A stretch of DNA of 64,000 bases from Gammaproteobacteria bacterium (GTDB lineage: Bacteria > Pseudomonadota > Gammaproteobacteria > Eutrophobiales > Eutrophobiaceae). The stretch is taken from NCBI GenBank assembly GCA_965221455.1, contig OZ244890.1:2238507-2302506 (forward strand), written 5' to 3'. Below are positions 10,401-19,190 of the stretch, piece after piece (positions within the stretch are counted from its first letter, which is position 1; the number at the start of each line of letters is the position of its first letter). A program made the translations under genes and the position numbers. The notes below the pieces were generated by a model that was not told the origin of the DNA, ran no database searches, and saw only the letters and a list, made by a program, of their open reading frames with translations.

Positions 10401-11872
10401 TACAAAACCAACAAGTGGCGGAAAGGCTGAAGACAGTAAATACAGTCGAGTTATCGGAGAATGCAGACTGGTTAAAAAAATTGTTGCCACAGGAAGCAAT
10501 AGTCCAACACATCAAGAGGAGAGCAAAATATCATAAGGATTTATCATCAACAAAAATTTTCAAGGAGACTATTTATGGCGAGCGATTTATGCCTGTTCTA
10601 CTGAATGATGGCAAACTTTTTTGTGGTTTTTCTCTGGATAATTGTATTGAAATTAATCCATTGATTAAAGGAGGTAAGGACGAAAATAAAAAGATAGAAA
10701 AGCAAAAGCGCGAGGACAACGAATATTTCAATCTGTTGAAAGAATTTTTATACACGGGTTCCACTCGGCGCAAAAACAAGGCATCGGTCAGTGGAAGTTT
10801 AGATGACTACCATGGAAAGTTTGGTTATTTGTCGGTGGATAAAAGCAAAGCATTGGCGCATTTACAAAAATGCGCCAAAGAAGTATGTGATGACGAGGAT
10901 ATTAAACAAGCAGAAGCATTGGAGGAGCTACGGTATTGTGTTGAAAAGAAAAATATCAAAAACTTGATTACCGGTAAGAAATTTATTTCCCAAAGTGACT
11001 TTGACAAATTTAAATTCGATATAGACGATATCACATTACCCGCTAAAGTAGATTGGGAAAGATTAATCAATTTTCCAGTCATAGACTGCCACGGTAAAAC
11101 CACCACAATGAAAACATGTTTCAGAGAACCGGCACAAGACTTTATTCCCCAGAAAAGTTGGGATAATTTATTCGAAGAATTTTTCCATACAAATAAAATG
11201 GAAAATTCAAACCATCATAAACGAGTACGAAAAGTATATTCCTTGCCGGTTATCTCCAGTCCATCAGGTGGGTTCAGAATCAAGCGAAAAAATCCCGTGA
11301 CCGGTGATGATGTCTATCAAGTAAGTGCCATTGAAAATAGTTACGCTTGTGGTTTTTCTCAAGATTCCGAAGGCAATATTGACATGAGCGAAAAAGGGAT
11401 TACTTTTGATCCTCAATTAAAATCCAGTGCTAATGTTGCCTATCTCGGGAAATCCGGCAAACCGCATATTGTGAAAAATTCGAATGATACCGATGTAGAA
11501 AAATTTGGTTCCTGCAGACGGGTAAATTTAGAGTCTGAGCATATTATGGAATGCAAGCTGACATTGGCAGAAGGTAAGCGGATTGATATTTCTATTATGG
11601 TTGGTAAATATCTCTTTAAGGAAATATGCGAATTTTCAGATATCAATTTTGACCAACCACCATCAAATCTTCAATTAGTATTTGAAGATGAAACAAAATG
11701 TAAGAAGTTTAAGCAACTATTGACAAAGAAAAAAATACCAATCCCAAGAATAGATAAGAATAAGGTGGGATTTGCTGTTCAATCCTTACCAAAAAAAGTA
11801 GAATTATCGTATCGAACATCTCTCACTGATCCTCTTCGAGACGCTTATAAATGCGGGGATCCGGTAACGTAG
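7499..11872 (+). CDS. cas9: Type II-B CRISPR-associated endonuclease Cas9
   Basis: 1457 aa. RuvC-I IAIDMGAKNTGV (Asp11, nt 7529-7531). Arg-rich bridge helix RTQKRHQVRGNKRRKLAKRLL. RuvC-II IPVLLEQNKF. HNH GEIDHIIPQAKS...NSEANLLYCSGRGNQEKGD (His782, nt 9842-9844). RuvC-III FSHVIDAAMV. Blocks LIGNISNLQLRVLRKYFNDK, TIPPYEDQNNR, VNGTQAYLAKLL and RKVYSLPVISS match Francisella novicida Cas9 as I recall it. Strong SD GGAAGGAAG upstream. Followed by cas1-cas2-cas4. Confidence 0.95.
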   Translation: MNKIISPIAIDMGAKNTGVYLQHFEQGEDPTTSGNSAGRTIVIDGDSITWSQVNRTQKRHQVRGNKRRKLAKRLLLVILGKSYGISPTREQADFLMGLMNRRGYNRLVEDLDEKLIKQPLVAEYFVKKHEDFFKNRDTFFDNFIALSNDIEKCKALKEQLILSKKEAKKAVDDDKDGQQAFADAYDNMKSALDKQIKSEDEGHKHREEYLKNIKKDIQENSLLNPLLNDELTAECIANLIGNISNLQLRVLRKYFNDKQMQNSDKWLPQKLHKLFFRWIQGWHCKQDDEKEKRNKLLKLKQQDILKILATSAPELTIPPYEDQNNRIKETIKDKTLRLKPSALDKKMNNWLDMTQKIVKHYCLPTDDSRTTTLFSINENIEDCTHKMIQGVLDDYESRKSANILQRIFDRSKFLDPYKLRLLCSLDSLEHAKDDARKSLTLLKQHIGDNNAQAFISLCKSYYAETEIARQGLWSDNKDSLFFCCDTNPPHKSKLQHRLVGHIVCKTLSEPELESFKKDCWSEKITGARKTAKSVAKSIEEIRKKYGNEFNDVMKRIKRREYVLKSKPEEITEQQKKGWEKYEEKHKNVKTAIEDAAKVATHIADYFEHDDDKKAKYANPYSIAQLYNHLETDIGGFSKTDRYNTEENAWRNEISEEIPENKIANAVRLTKDSVRPFDGMLGRILERQAYEIARHKIVQLEGLGIGESGEMLIPVLLEQNKFKFEKSLHDIKGEKNVSTKAKDRVEEGEKRQQEQWEDKDKRIKGNKICPYTGETIGVGEIDHIIPQAKSRQHGDVVYNSEANLLYCSGRGNQEKGDNRYSFEQLNSEYLREVFGNKSPGDIKQEIRQFINNLDTDNFSGFHNLESHEQNYLRHALFLQDLDEKTFPLLNTRYRTLVNGTQAYLAKLLVRVLRGKYPNAEFKVYQMDAQEVSRVRDVLCNKYEEYKKSDKQQGAFSHVIDAAMVLATALQNQQVAERLKTVNTVELSENADWLKKLLPQEAIVQHIKRRAKYHKDLSSTKIFKETIYGERFMPVLLNDGKLFCGFSLDNCIEINPLIKGGKDENKKIEKQKREDNEYFNLLKEFLYTGSTRRKNKASVSGSLDDYHGKFGYLSVDKSKALAHLQKCAKEVCDDEDIKQAEALEELRYCVEKKNIKNLITGKKFISQSDFDKFKFDIDDITLPAKVDWERLINFPVIDCHGKTTTMKTCFREPAQDFIPQKSWDNLFEEFFHTNKMENSNHHKRVRKVYSLPVISSPSGGFRIKRKNPVTGDDVYQVSAIENSYACGFSQDSEGNIDMSEKGITFDPQLKSSANVAYLGKSGKPHIVKNSNDTDVEKFGSCRRVNLESEHIMECKLTLAEGKRIDISIMVGKYLFKEICEFSDINFDQPPSNLQLVFEDETKCKKFKQLLTKKKIPIPRIDKNKVGFAVQSLPKKVELSYRTSLTDPLRDAYKCGDPVT

Positions 11873-11900
11873 CGATTGTGTCTATGCCGACATATTCCCC

Positions 11901-12887
11901 ATGCACGCCCACCTAACCCTAAGCGAATACGGCCAGTTTGTTGGTATTCGCAGTGAATGTTTGACAGTCAAGGAAGAGGGAGCAGTCAAGGAATATCCGC
12001 TTAATCGCATCAAAAGCATCCAGATTGCACGGCGTGGGGTGAGTTTTTCTTCCGATGTCATTATTGCATGCGCCAATCGCGGTATTAAATTATTTCTCAC
12101 CGATTTCAGGAATGAAGTGGTCGCCAGCTTATCGGGCACTCAGCAACACGCTGTGGTGCGCGTGCGTCAACAGCAATTCGCCTTTATCGACCGCCTCGAT
12201 ACCGCGACTTTGTCTGCGGTGATTATTGAAGGAAAAATCAACAACCAACGAGCTGTTTTACTGTACTTCAAAAAATACCACAGTGATAAAGCCGCATACA
12301 TTGACAACACAGCAGCGCAATTAAAAATGATTGCCCAACAAATCAAAACCAAATCATGGCAAAACTTTGATCATTGGCAGGATATTTTATTGGGACTGGA
12401 GGGACAGGCAGCGCACCTTTACTGGCAATGTCTGGTCGAGACAGCCTTGATGCCCGCCGGCTTCAAGAACAGGGTAGGGAGGCAAGCACAGGATGTCGGT
12501 AACAAGGCGTTAAATTACGGTTATGCCATCCTTTCTTCCTACGTGTGGAATGCCTTGTTGAATGCCGGGCTGGAACCCTATGCCGGTATTTTCCATGCAC
12601 AACGTGCTGGCAAACCCTCTCTGGTACTGGACATGATGGAAGAATATCGTGCGTGGGCGGTAGATCGAAATATTATCAAACAACGTAACGCATTACAGGA
12701 CACCGGTGAGTTGACACCGACCATCAAGAAAAAAATCATTGCTGATATCCATAAAACCTTCGCCACCCATTACCATTATCGCAAGCGCAAGATGCGTTTG
12801 GAAAGCATACTACAACGACAAATCTATCATCTTGCCGGTACGTTCTGCGGCGACAAGCGATATAAAGCCTATCATTTCAGGTGGTAG
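11901..12887 (+). CDS. cas1: CRISPR-associated endonuclease Cas1
   Basis: 328 aa, 28 nt after the cas9 stop. Typical Cas1 N-terminal beta domain (LTVKEEGAVKEYPLNRIKSIQIARRGVSFSSDVI) and C-terminal helical domain (ALNYGYAIL, MEEYRAWAVD). Confidence 0.92.
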   Translation: MHAHLTLSEYGQFVGIRSECLTVKEEGAVKEYPLNRIKSIQIARRGVSFSSDVIIACANRGIKLFLTDFRNEVVASLSGTQQHAVVRVRQQQFAFIDRLDTATLSAVIIEGKINNQRAVLLYFKKYHSDKAAYIDNTAAQLKMIAQQIKTKSWQNFDHWQDILLGLEGQAAHLYWQCLVETALMPAGFKNRVGRQAQDVGNKALNYGYAILSSYVWNALLNAGLEPYAGIFHAQRAGKPSLVLDMMEEYRAWAVDRNIIKQRNALQDTGELTPTIKKKIIADIHKTFATHYHYRKRKMRLESILQRQIYHLAGTFCGDKRYKAYHFRW

Positions 12888-12888
12888 C

Positions 12889-13197
12889 ATGGCACAGGCG
12901 AAATTATACAATGAGGTACTGGTCAGTTATGACATCACCGATACCAAACAACGCACCAGGTTATTCAACCAACTCAAAGACATCAGCCTGATCGCAATCC
13001 AGAAATCGGTATTCTGGGGATATTTAAACAAGGCTGAGGAAAACAGTGTGAAACGCCTGTTACGAGAGCACTGTGAGAAAACCGACAAGGCTTTTATCGC
13101 ACGGGTTAAATTAGCCGAACAGATCCGGAAAGATAACGGGATTGGGTATAACAAAACCGACTTTCCGCAGAAAATCGCCGAGTATCATGTCCTATAG
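12889..13197 (+). CDS. cas2: CRISPR-associated endoribonuclease Cas2
   Basis: ATG at 12889, one nt after the cas1 TAG. 102 aa, MAQAKLYNEVLVSYDITDTKQRTRLFNQLKDISLIAIQKSVFWGYL is a Cas2 ferredoxin-fold signature. The longer track ORF (12739) overlaps cas1 and is not used. Confidence 0.85.
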   Translation: MAQAKLYNEVLVSYDITDTKQRTRLFNQLKDISLIAIQKSVFWGYLNKAEENSVKRLLREHCEKTDKAFIARVKLAEQIRKDNGIGYNKTDFPQKIAEYHVL

Positions 13198-13768
13198 TTT
13201 ACCTGTGAGTTTGCTCCGGCAATATTGTTTCTGCCCGCGCATTCCCTATTTTCAGGAGCTGCTTAATCTCAATCCACCCCGTCCGGCATGGGTCAGGCAG
13301 GGGGAGGCGTTACATCGTCAACAAGAGAAAGTATTCAGGCACAGAACCTTACAACGCTTCAATCTGGTACAGGCACGGCAAGAGTTCAATGTATTTGTTA
13401 ACGCCGCTGAATTACGTATGCACGGGTTGATTGATAGCGTGCTGATCACCCCGCATGAAATCTATCCGCTGGAATTCAAATTAAGCGGACACAAACCGAC
13501 TCGTGGACAAATCATACAACTCACCGCCTACGCGATGGCGGCCGAACACCACTATAACCTGGCTTGTCGGCATGGATTTATGTTGTTTGAGCACAAGGGT
13601 AAAACCCATCCGATTACTTTCACGGCAGAACATAAAGCACAGGTGAAGCGCATTCGTGACCGTATTTTGGATGATTTGGAGCAATCCGTTCTGCCGGATA
13701 GTTCCGCGACACAAGCGCAATGCACCCAGTGCGAATATCTCAATCATTGTAACGATAGAGGATGGTAA
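13187..13768 (+). CDS. cas4: CRISPR-associated exonuclease Cas4 (RecB-like, 4-Cys)
   Basis: Start chosen at ATG 13187 (MSYSLPVSLLRQYCFCPRIPYF), overlapping the cas2 end by 11 nt. N-terminal Cys plus C-terminal CTQCEYLNHC cluster and IYPLEFK nuclease motif. Presence of cas4 defines subtype II-B. Confidence 0.88.
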   Translation: MSYSLPVSLLRQYCFCPRIPYFQELLNLNPPRPAWVRQGEALHRQQEKVFRHRTLQRFNLVQARQEFNVFVNAAELRMHGLIDSVLITPHEIYPLEFKLSGHKPTRGQIIQLTAYAMAAEHHYNLACRHGFMLFEHKGKTHPITFTAEHKAQVKRIRDRILDDLEQSVLPDSSATQAQCTQCEYLNHCNDRGW

Positions 13769-13784
13769 AAGGATTTTGTGGGAG

Positions 13785-13810
13785 AAAATTAAAACCCCGC
13801 CAGAGCGGGG
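13785..13810 (-). terminator. Rho-independent terminator of tracrRNA
   Basis: CCCCGC-tctg-GCGGGG on the minus strand, followed by TTTTAATTTT. The plus strand has no T-run after the stem, so it is not the cas4 terminator. Confidence 0.75.
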
Positions 13811-13894
13811 CACCATGCACAATGCAGATAGGTTTATCAATCTTTATTTTAGATGATTTCAGTGCATCAATTGTTGTTTAGGATGTGTCGATGC
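13787..13894 (-). ncRNA. tracrRNA: tracrRNA (predicted)
   Basis: Plus-strand 13856-13891 (ATTTCAGTGCATCAATTGTTGTTTAGGATGTGTCGA) is an imperfect inverted copy of the array repeat. A minus-strand RNA therefore carries an anti-repeat to GUUUCAGUUGCUAGUUUGUUGAUUUAGGAUGUGUCGG: 7 bp, bulge, 2 bp, internal loop, 6 bp, bulge, 14 bp. Downstream on the minus strand are AAUCAUCUAAAAUAAAGAUUGA (resembles the F. novicida tracrRNA nexus) and a terminator hairpin. The ends are predictions. Confidence 0.8.
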
Positions 13895-14013
13895 CAAGCC
13901 AGCTTAATAAAAAAATTCGCAAAATTCAACCTTTCCCGGCATTTTCATGATTTTCGCAAAAATACCAAAAAAAATCGCTATAAAGTCAGGCAAAATCAAT
14001 ACTTCATGATAGG
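13895..14013. other. AT-rich cas-proximal flank of the CRISPR array (candidate acquisition leader)
   Basis: About 120 bp, A/T-rich with poly-A runs, directly abutting repeat 1. The opposite array end carries the degenerate repeat. Confidence 0.45.
13901..13929 (-). promoter_or_regulatory. Predicted sigma70 promoter of tracrRNA
   Basis: Minus strand TTGAAT (13924-13929), 17 nt spacer, TAAGCT (13901-13906). Predicted start about 13894, a few nt upstream of the anti-repeat. Confidence 0.55.
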
Positions 14014-17000
14014 CCGACACATCCTAAATCAACAAACTAGCAACTGAAACTGCTTATCGACTGAATAAGAAAAAAATAATCTTTCCCCGACACATCCTAA
14101 ATCAACAAACTAGCAACTGAAACTGGTTAGTCTTTTTGACGTGGACTCGTCCATTGCCTCCGACACATCCTAAATCAACAAACTAGCAACTGAAACGAGT
14201 CTGACCATCCGCCCTGCCAAACCTTCCACCTGTGCCGACACATCCTAAATCAACAAACTAGCAACTGAAACGGTCTTCGACAAGGAGCTGAACAGATTTA
14301 AGACTTCCGACACATCCTAAATCAACAAACTAGCAACTGAAACGAATCTCTGTAAGAGTAGCCGCACTCAAAAAACAAACCGACACATCCTAAATCAACA
14401 AACTAGCAACTGAAACCGTGAATATCATCATCACCCGTGATGAGTTTTTAGGACCGACACATCCTAAATCAACAAACTAGCAACTGAAACTCATGCAAGC
14501 TGGTAATCAATCAAAGTTCATGGACCGACACATCCTAAATCAACAAACTAGCAACTGAAACTTGGTTCCCACGTGTCAATCGCATCTATGATCAGCCGAC
14601 ACATCCTAAATCAACAAACTAGCAACTGAAACTTGTTTGGTGATGGCTGCAGCACTTGCCCCGACATCCGACACATCCTAAATCAACAAACTAGCAACTG
14701 AAACTCGGATCCCGGTAGTAGACTTTAACATCTCGTGTCCGACACATCCTAAATCAACAAACTAGCAACTGAAACAACACCGATCACATCACCATTAAAC
14801 TGCCCGTATCCGACACATCCTAAATCAACAAACTAGCAACTGAAACCTTGCAGACTGCTACGGAACCTGTCCCATGCGTTGCCGACACATCCTAAATCAA
14901 CAAACTAGCAACTGAAACCGCCCATGTCGAGATTGTGAGACTTGCATATAATAGCCGACACATCCTAAATCAACAAACTAGCAACTGAAACCTGGGTGAT
15001 GGATGAGGGTCACCACCTCTTACGCCGACACATCCTAAATCAACAAACTAGCAACTGAAACCACGGTCGTATATTTGCGGAGCTGAGGAAGCAGCCGACA
15101 CATCCTAAATCAACAAACTAGCAACTGAAACTTCGGGTAGATTTTCATGCAGGTTAATCATGCCCCGACACATCCTAAATCAACAAACTAGCAACTGAAA
15201 CTGCGCCTCTTGTTTTTTATCGCTCGTCGTTTATCCCGACACATCCTAAATCAACAAACTAGCAACTGAAACGTGTTCGTCCTGAAACTCTGAAAGTAAC
15301 TCAATGTCCGACACATCCTAAATCAACAAACTAGCAACTGAAACCTACTGACTATAATCGACAACCTCCCCTGTACTCCCGACACATCCTAAATCAACAA
15401 ACTAGCAACTGAAACAATTCCACTGCATTTCTAAAATCTGCTGGACTTCTCCGACACATCCTAAATCAACAAACTAGCAACTGAAACGGCTAAGTGGTTG
15501 GCATTGGGTTAAGCGTTTTGCACCGACACATCCTAAATCAACAAACTAGCAACTGAAACCAGCTACTACAATGCCAGGCAACCTGACCTTTAACCGACAC
15601 ATCCTAAATCAACAAACTAGCAACTGAAACCACGAAATGCCTCGCAAACTCTGCACATCTCTCAAACCGACACATCCTAAATCAACAAACTAGCAACTGA
15701 AACGTTGATGTTATTGTCTTAACGTCCATTAAATGAGTCCCGACACATCCTAAATCAACAAACTAGCAACTGAAACTTGTCATTGATTAAAGCCGTCTTC
15801 CCCCTGTGAGGCCCGACACATCCTAAATCAACAAACTAGCAACTGAAACCTGAACATCTCTTCATAACTTATCAACTTGCCTTCCGACACATCCTAAATC
15901 AACAAACTAGCAACTGAAACTGAGGTTTTTGTTGTCATGTTTTTGACTCAGCACCGACACATCCTAAATCAACAAACTAGCAACTGAAACAGAGGGTTAC
16001 CAATTCCCCCAAGGCCGCCCAAAACCGACACATCCTAAATCAACAAACTAGCAACTGAAACTGTAAACCCTTGAAAAAATTAAGTTAAATTTAAATCCGA
16101 CACATCCTAAATCAACAAACTAGCAACTGAAACTAATCGATTCGATATGTGTTTTGGTGAAAGTTGTGCCCGACACATCCTAAATCAACAAACTAGCAAC
16201 TGAAACCATGAACGTTCACTCTCAGAGGTCACCGGTTAGCACCCGACACATCCTAAATCAACAAACTAGCAACTGAAACAAACGGCCGTACAAGAAGCGC
16301 ATGTACTTGCCTGCCGACACATCCTAAATCAACAAACTAGCAACTGAAACTCACGAATATGACATCAGTCGTTACGGCGGTCGGTACCGACACATCCTAA
16401 ATCAACAAACTAGCAACTGAAACCAAAAATCCTGTTTGTCCGCACCTTATCCAAGTTTCCGACACATCCTAAATCAACAAACTAGCAACTGAAACTTCGC
16501 CGCCGGGATTTACTCAGATGATGATTACGTCCGACACATCCTAAATCAACAAACTAGCAACTGAAACACCGCCAGAAGAAAATCATGCTGGCGACAATTA
16601 CGCCGACACATCCTAAATCAACAAACTAGCAACTGAAACCAAAATATGCCGGATCGCGCATGAACCGCGCTGCACCGACACATCCTAAATCAACAAACTA
16701 GCAACTGAAACTTGAAAAAGAGCCGCCAGACAGCGAGATCCTATCTCCCGACACATCCTAAATCAACAAACTAGCAACTGAAACAACAAAGGCACTGTAA
16801 CCCTGTCCATTCGCCGACACCGACACATCCTAAATCAACAAACTAGCAACTGAAACTGAGTTTGATACCACAAGTCATTATGTCTAAGGCACCGACACAT
16901 CCTAAATCAACAAACTAGCAACTGAAACCAAGATACTTATGATTAGCAACGGTTGTATAGTATCCGACACATCCTAAATCAACAAACTAGCAACTGAAAC

Positions 17001-19016
17001 ACGGCAGAAAGCGTTTTAAAGTCGCCAGTACCAGTCCGACACATCCTAAATCAACAAACTAGCAACTGAAACTGGTCTAAAACTGCACGAAGCAATCTTA
17101 CATAGGTACCGACACATCCTAAATCAACAAACTAGCAACTGAAACGCAAATAAACAATGACTAAAAGTACCAGAAGGTAGCCGACACATCCTAAATCAAC
17201 AAACTAGCAACTGAAACAGGCGTTGAATTTGCTTTTCTAGTCGGTATTGAGGCCGACACATCCTAAATCAACAAACTAGCAACTGAAACGATGAGGCACA
17301 TTATCTGTACAATATCCTCCCCAGTCCGACACATCCTAAATCAACAAACTAGCAACTGAAACCTGACTACGCGGAGAAAGGCGCACAGATAGTAGTCCGA
17401 CACATCCTAAATCAACAAACTAGCAACTGAAACACAGTTTATACAAACGCAGAATACTGGGAGAATCACCCGACACATCCTAAATCAACAAACTAGCAAC
17501 TGAAACTGAACTTTTTTCATATCTATCACCTTTTTTAACTCCGACACATCCTAAATCAACAAACTAGCAACTGAAACTGAACCTTTTTCATCATCATCAC
17601 CTATTTTTAATTCCGACACATCCTAAATCAACAAACTAGCAACTGAAACGTGTGCCTTTCGTCTGTACCTGCCAGAAACTCGCCCGACACATCCTAAATC
17701 AACAAACTAGCAACTGAAACTCGAGCTGGCATCACACAAGTAAGTTCTTCAATGAGCCGACACATCCTAAATCAACAAACTAGCAACTGAAACAATGTGG
17801 TTAGGCTGGCTGATGGGAGCTATAAGACCGACACATCCTAAATCAACAAACTAGCAACTGAAACAAACTCGAAGCGTGGGCATTGCTTGCGCCGCCGAAC
17901 CGACACATCCTAAATCAACAAACTAGCAACTGAAACAGAGAATCCTCCCAGTACCCCGCTTAGAGGCAAGCCGACACATCCTAAATCAACAAACTAGCAA
18001 CTGAAACTGGTCTAACACTGCACGAAGCAATCTTACATAGGTCCGACACATCCTAAATCAACAAACTAGCAACTGAAACTGGAAGTGCTTCACAGCTTCA
18101 CAGGCGAGAGGGTTTCCCGACACATCCTAAATCAACAAACTAGCAACTGAAACTCCTAGTGGCGGAGCAATTAGATACCGACAACCGCTCCGACACATCC
18201 TAAATCAACAAACTAGCAACTGAAACTCCGCTGTTGTTGATCCGGTTGTGACTTCTGCACGGCCGACACATCCTAAATCAACAAACTAGCAACTGAAACA
18301 CAGCGACTGAGCCGGGGGTTTCAGTGCCTTGGCGCCGACACATCCTAAATCAACAAACTAGCAACTGAAACTTTAGGTCGATATAAGAGTATTGAAAATC
18401 TCGAAACCGACACATCCTAAATCAACAAACTAGCAACTGAAACTTTTAAGTTTAAATTAATCCCTATAACACCAACCACCGACACATCCTAAATCAACAA
18501 ACTAGCAACTGAAACTCTCCATACTCGGTAGTGTCATCTTGCATTTCGTCCGACACATCCTAAATCAACAAACTAGCAACTGAAACTTTTATAGTTCTGC
18601 TCAAAATAAGCCGGATCACGCCCGACACATCCTAAATCAACAAACTAGCAACTGAAACTTCACTTTATTCATCAAGCCTTCAAAAGTAACCCCCGACACA
18701 TCCTAAATCAACAAACTAGCAACTGAAACGGTCAAAGGCATCACCGCCGCGTGAGAGTTTACCCCCCGACACATCCTAAATCAACAAACTAGCAACTGAA
18801 ACTGAAATTGCCCCCGATGCTTTGGTTGTAGAAGCTCCCGACACATCCTAAATCAACAAACTAGCAACTGAAACCGGGACAAATAAACCAATGCACATCT
18901 TAACAGTACCGACACATCCTAAATCAACAAACTAGCAACTGAAACCCAGTCACTCATCATGAGCCTGTTCATAAATCTGCCGACACATCCTAAATCAACA
19001 AACTAGCAACTGAAAC
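14014..19016 (-). CRISPR. CRISPR array, 70 identical 37-nt repeats with 69 internal spacers of 33-38 nt (type II-B repeat)
   Basis: Plus-strand repeat CCGACACATCCTAAATCAACAAACTAGCAACTGAAAC. Repeat starts were tallied by hand from 14014 to 18980 with unit period 70-75 bp, and I noticed no repeat variants. The minus-strand form GTTTCAGTTGC... matches the 5-prime end of the F. novicida crRNA repeat and pairs with the predicted tracrRNA, hence minus strand. Confidence 0.97.
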
Positions 19017-19050
19017 GCGGACACTTGACATCTATTCAAGTTAAAAAAGA

Positions 19051-19087
19051 GCGACATATCTGAAATAAAAAAAGCCCCGCATCAGCG
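19051..19087. repeat. Degenerate terminal CRISPR repeat
   Basis: GCGACATATCTGAAATAAAAAAA matches 17 of the first 23 repeat positions, and the last 14 positions (GCAACTGAAAC part) are lost. It is separated from repeat 70 by a 34-nt spacer (19017-19050) and overlaps the terminator hairpin. Confidence 0.7.
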
Positions 19088-19098
19088 GGGCTTTTTTT
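19065..19098. terminator. Bidirectional Rho-independent terminator
   Basis: AAAAAAA-GCCCCGC-atca-GCGGGGC-TTTTTTT. A symmetric A/T run on both sides lets it terminate the minus-strand lipoprotein gene and any plus-strand read-out of the array. Confidence 0.8.
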
Positions 19099-19190
19099 AC
19101 TAATGACAAATCTCAACCTAACAAATCAGCAAGGTTTCCCATGTGTATGTCATGTAAGGTTTGTATGTACACATACTGCAAGGAAATACA

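Noticed and set aside
13985-14013. Weak similarity (AAATCAA / TTGATTT core) to the repeat immediately next to repeat 1
   Set aside because: About 10 of 15 matches, no spacer-length offset, and the tracr-pairing half is missing. It is probably an AT-rich coincidence.
13656-14047. Small ORFs 13656..13856 and 13853..14047 between cas4 and the array
   Set aside because: They lie over the predicted tracrRNA, its promoter, the leader and repeat 1. No RBS or conservation is evident.
19017-19125. Degenerate terminal repeat plus neighbouring sequence as a Francisella-type scaRNA
   Set aside because: The part of the repeat needed to pair with tracrRNA (GCAACTGAAAC) is exactly the part that is lost, and the would-be targeting tail is the terminator hairpin. 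This is left as untested rather than claimed.
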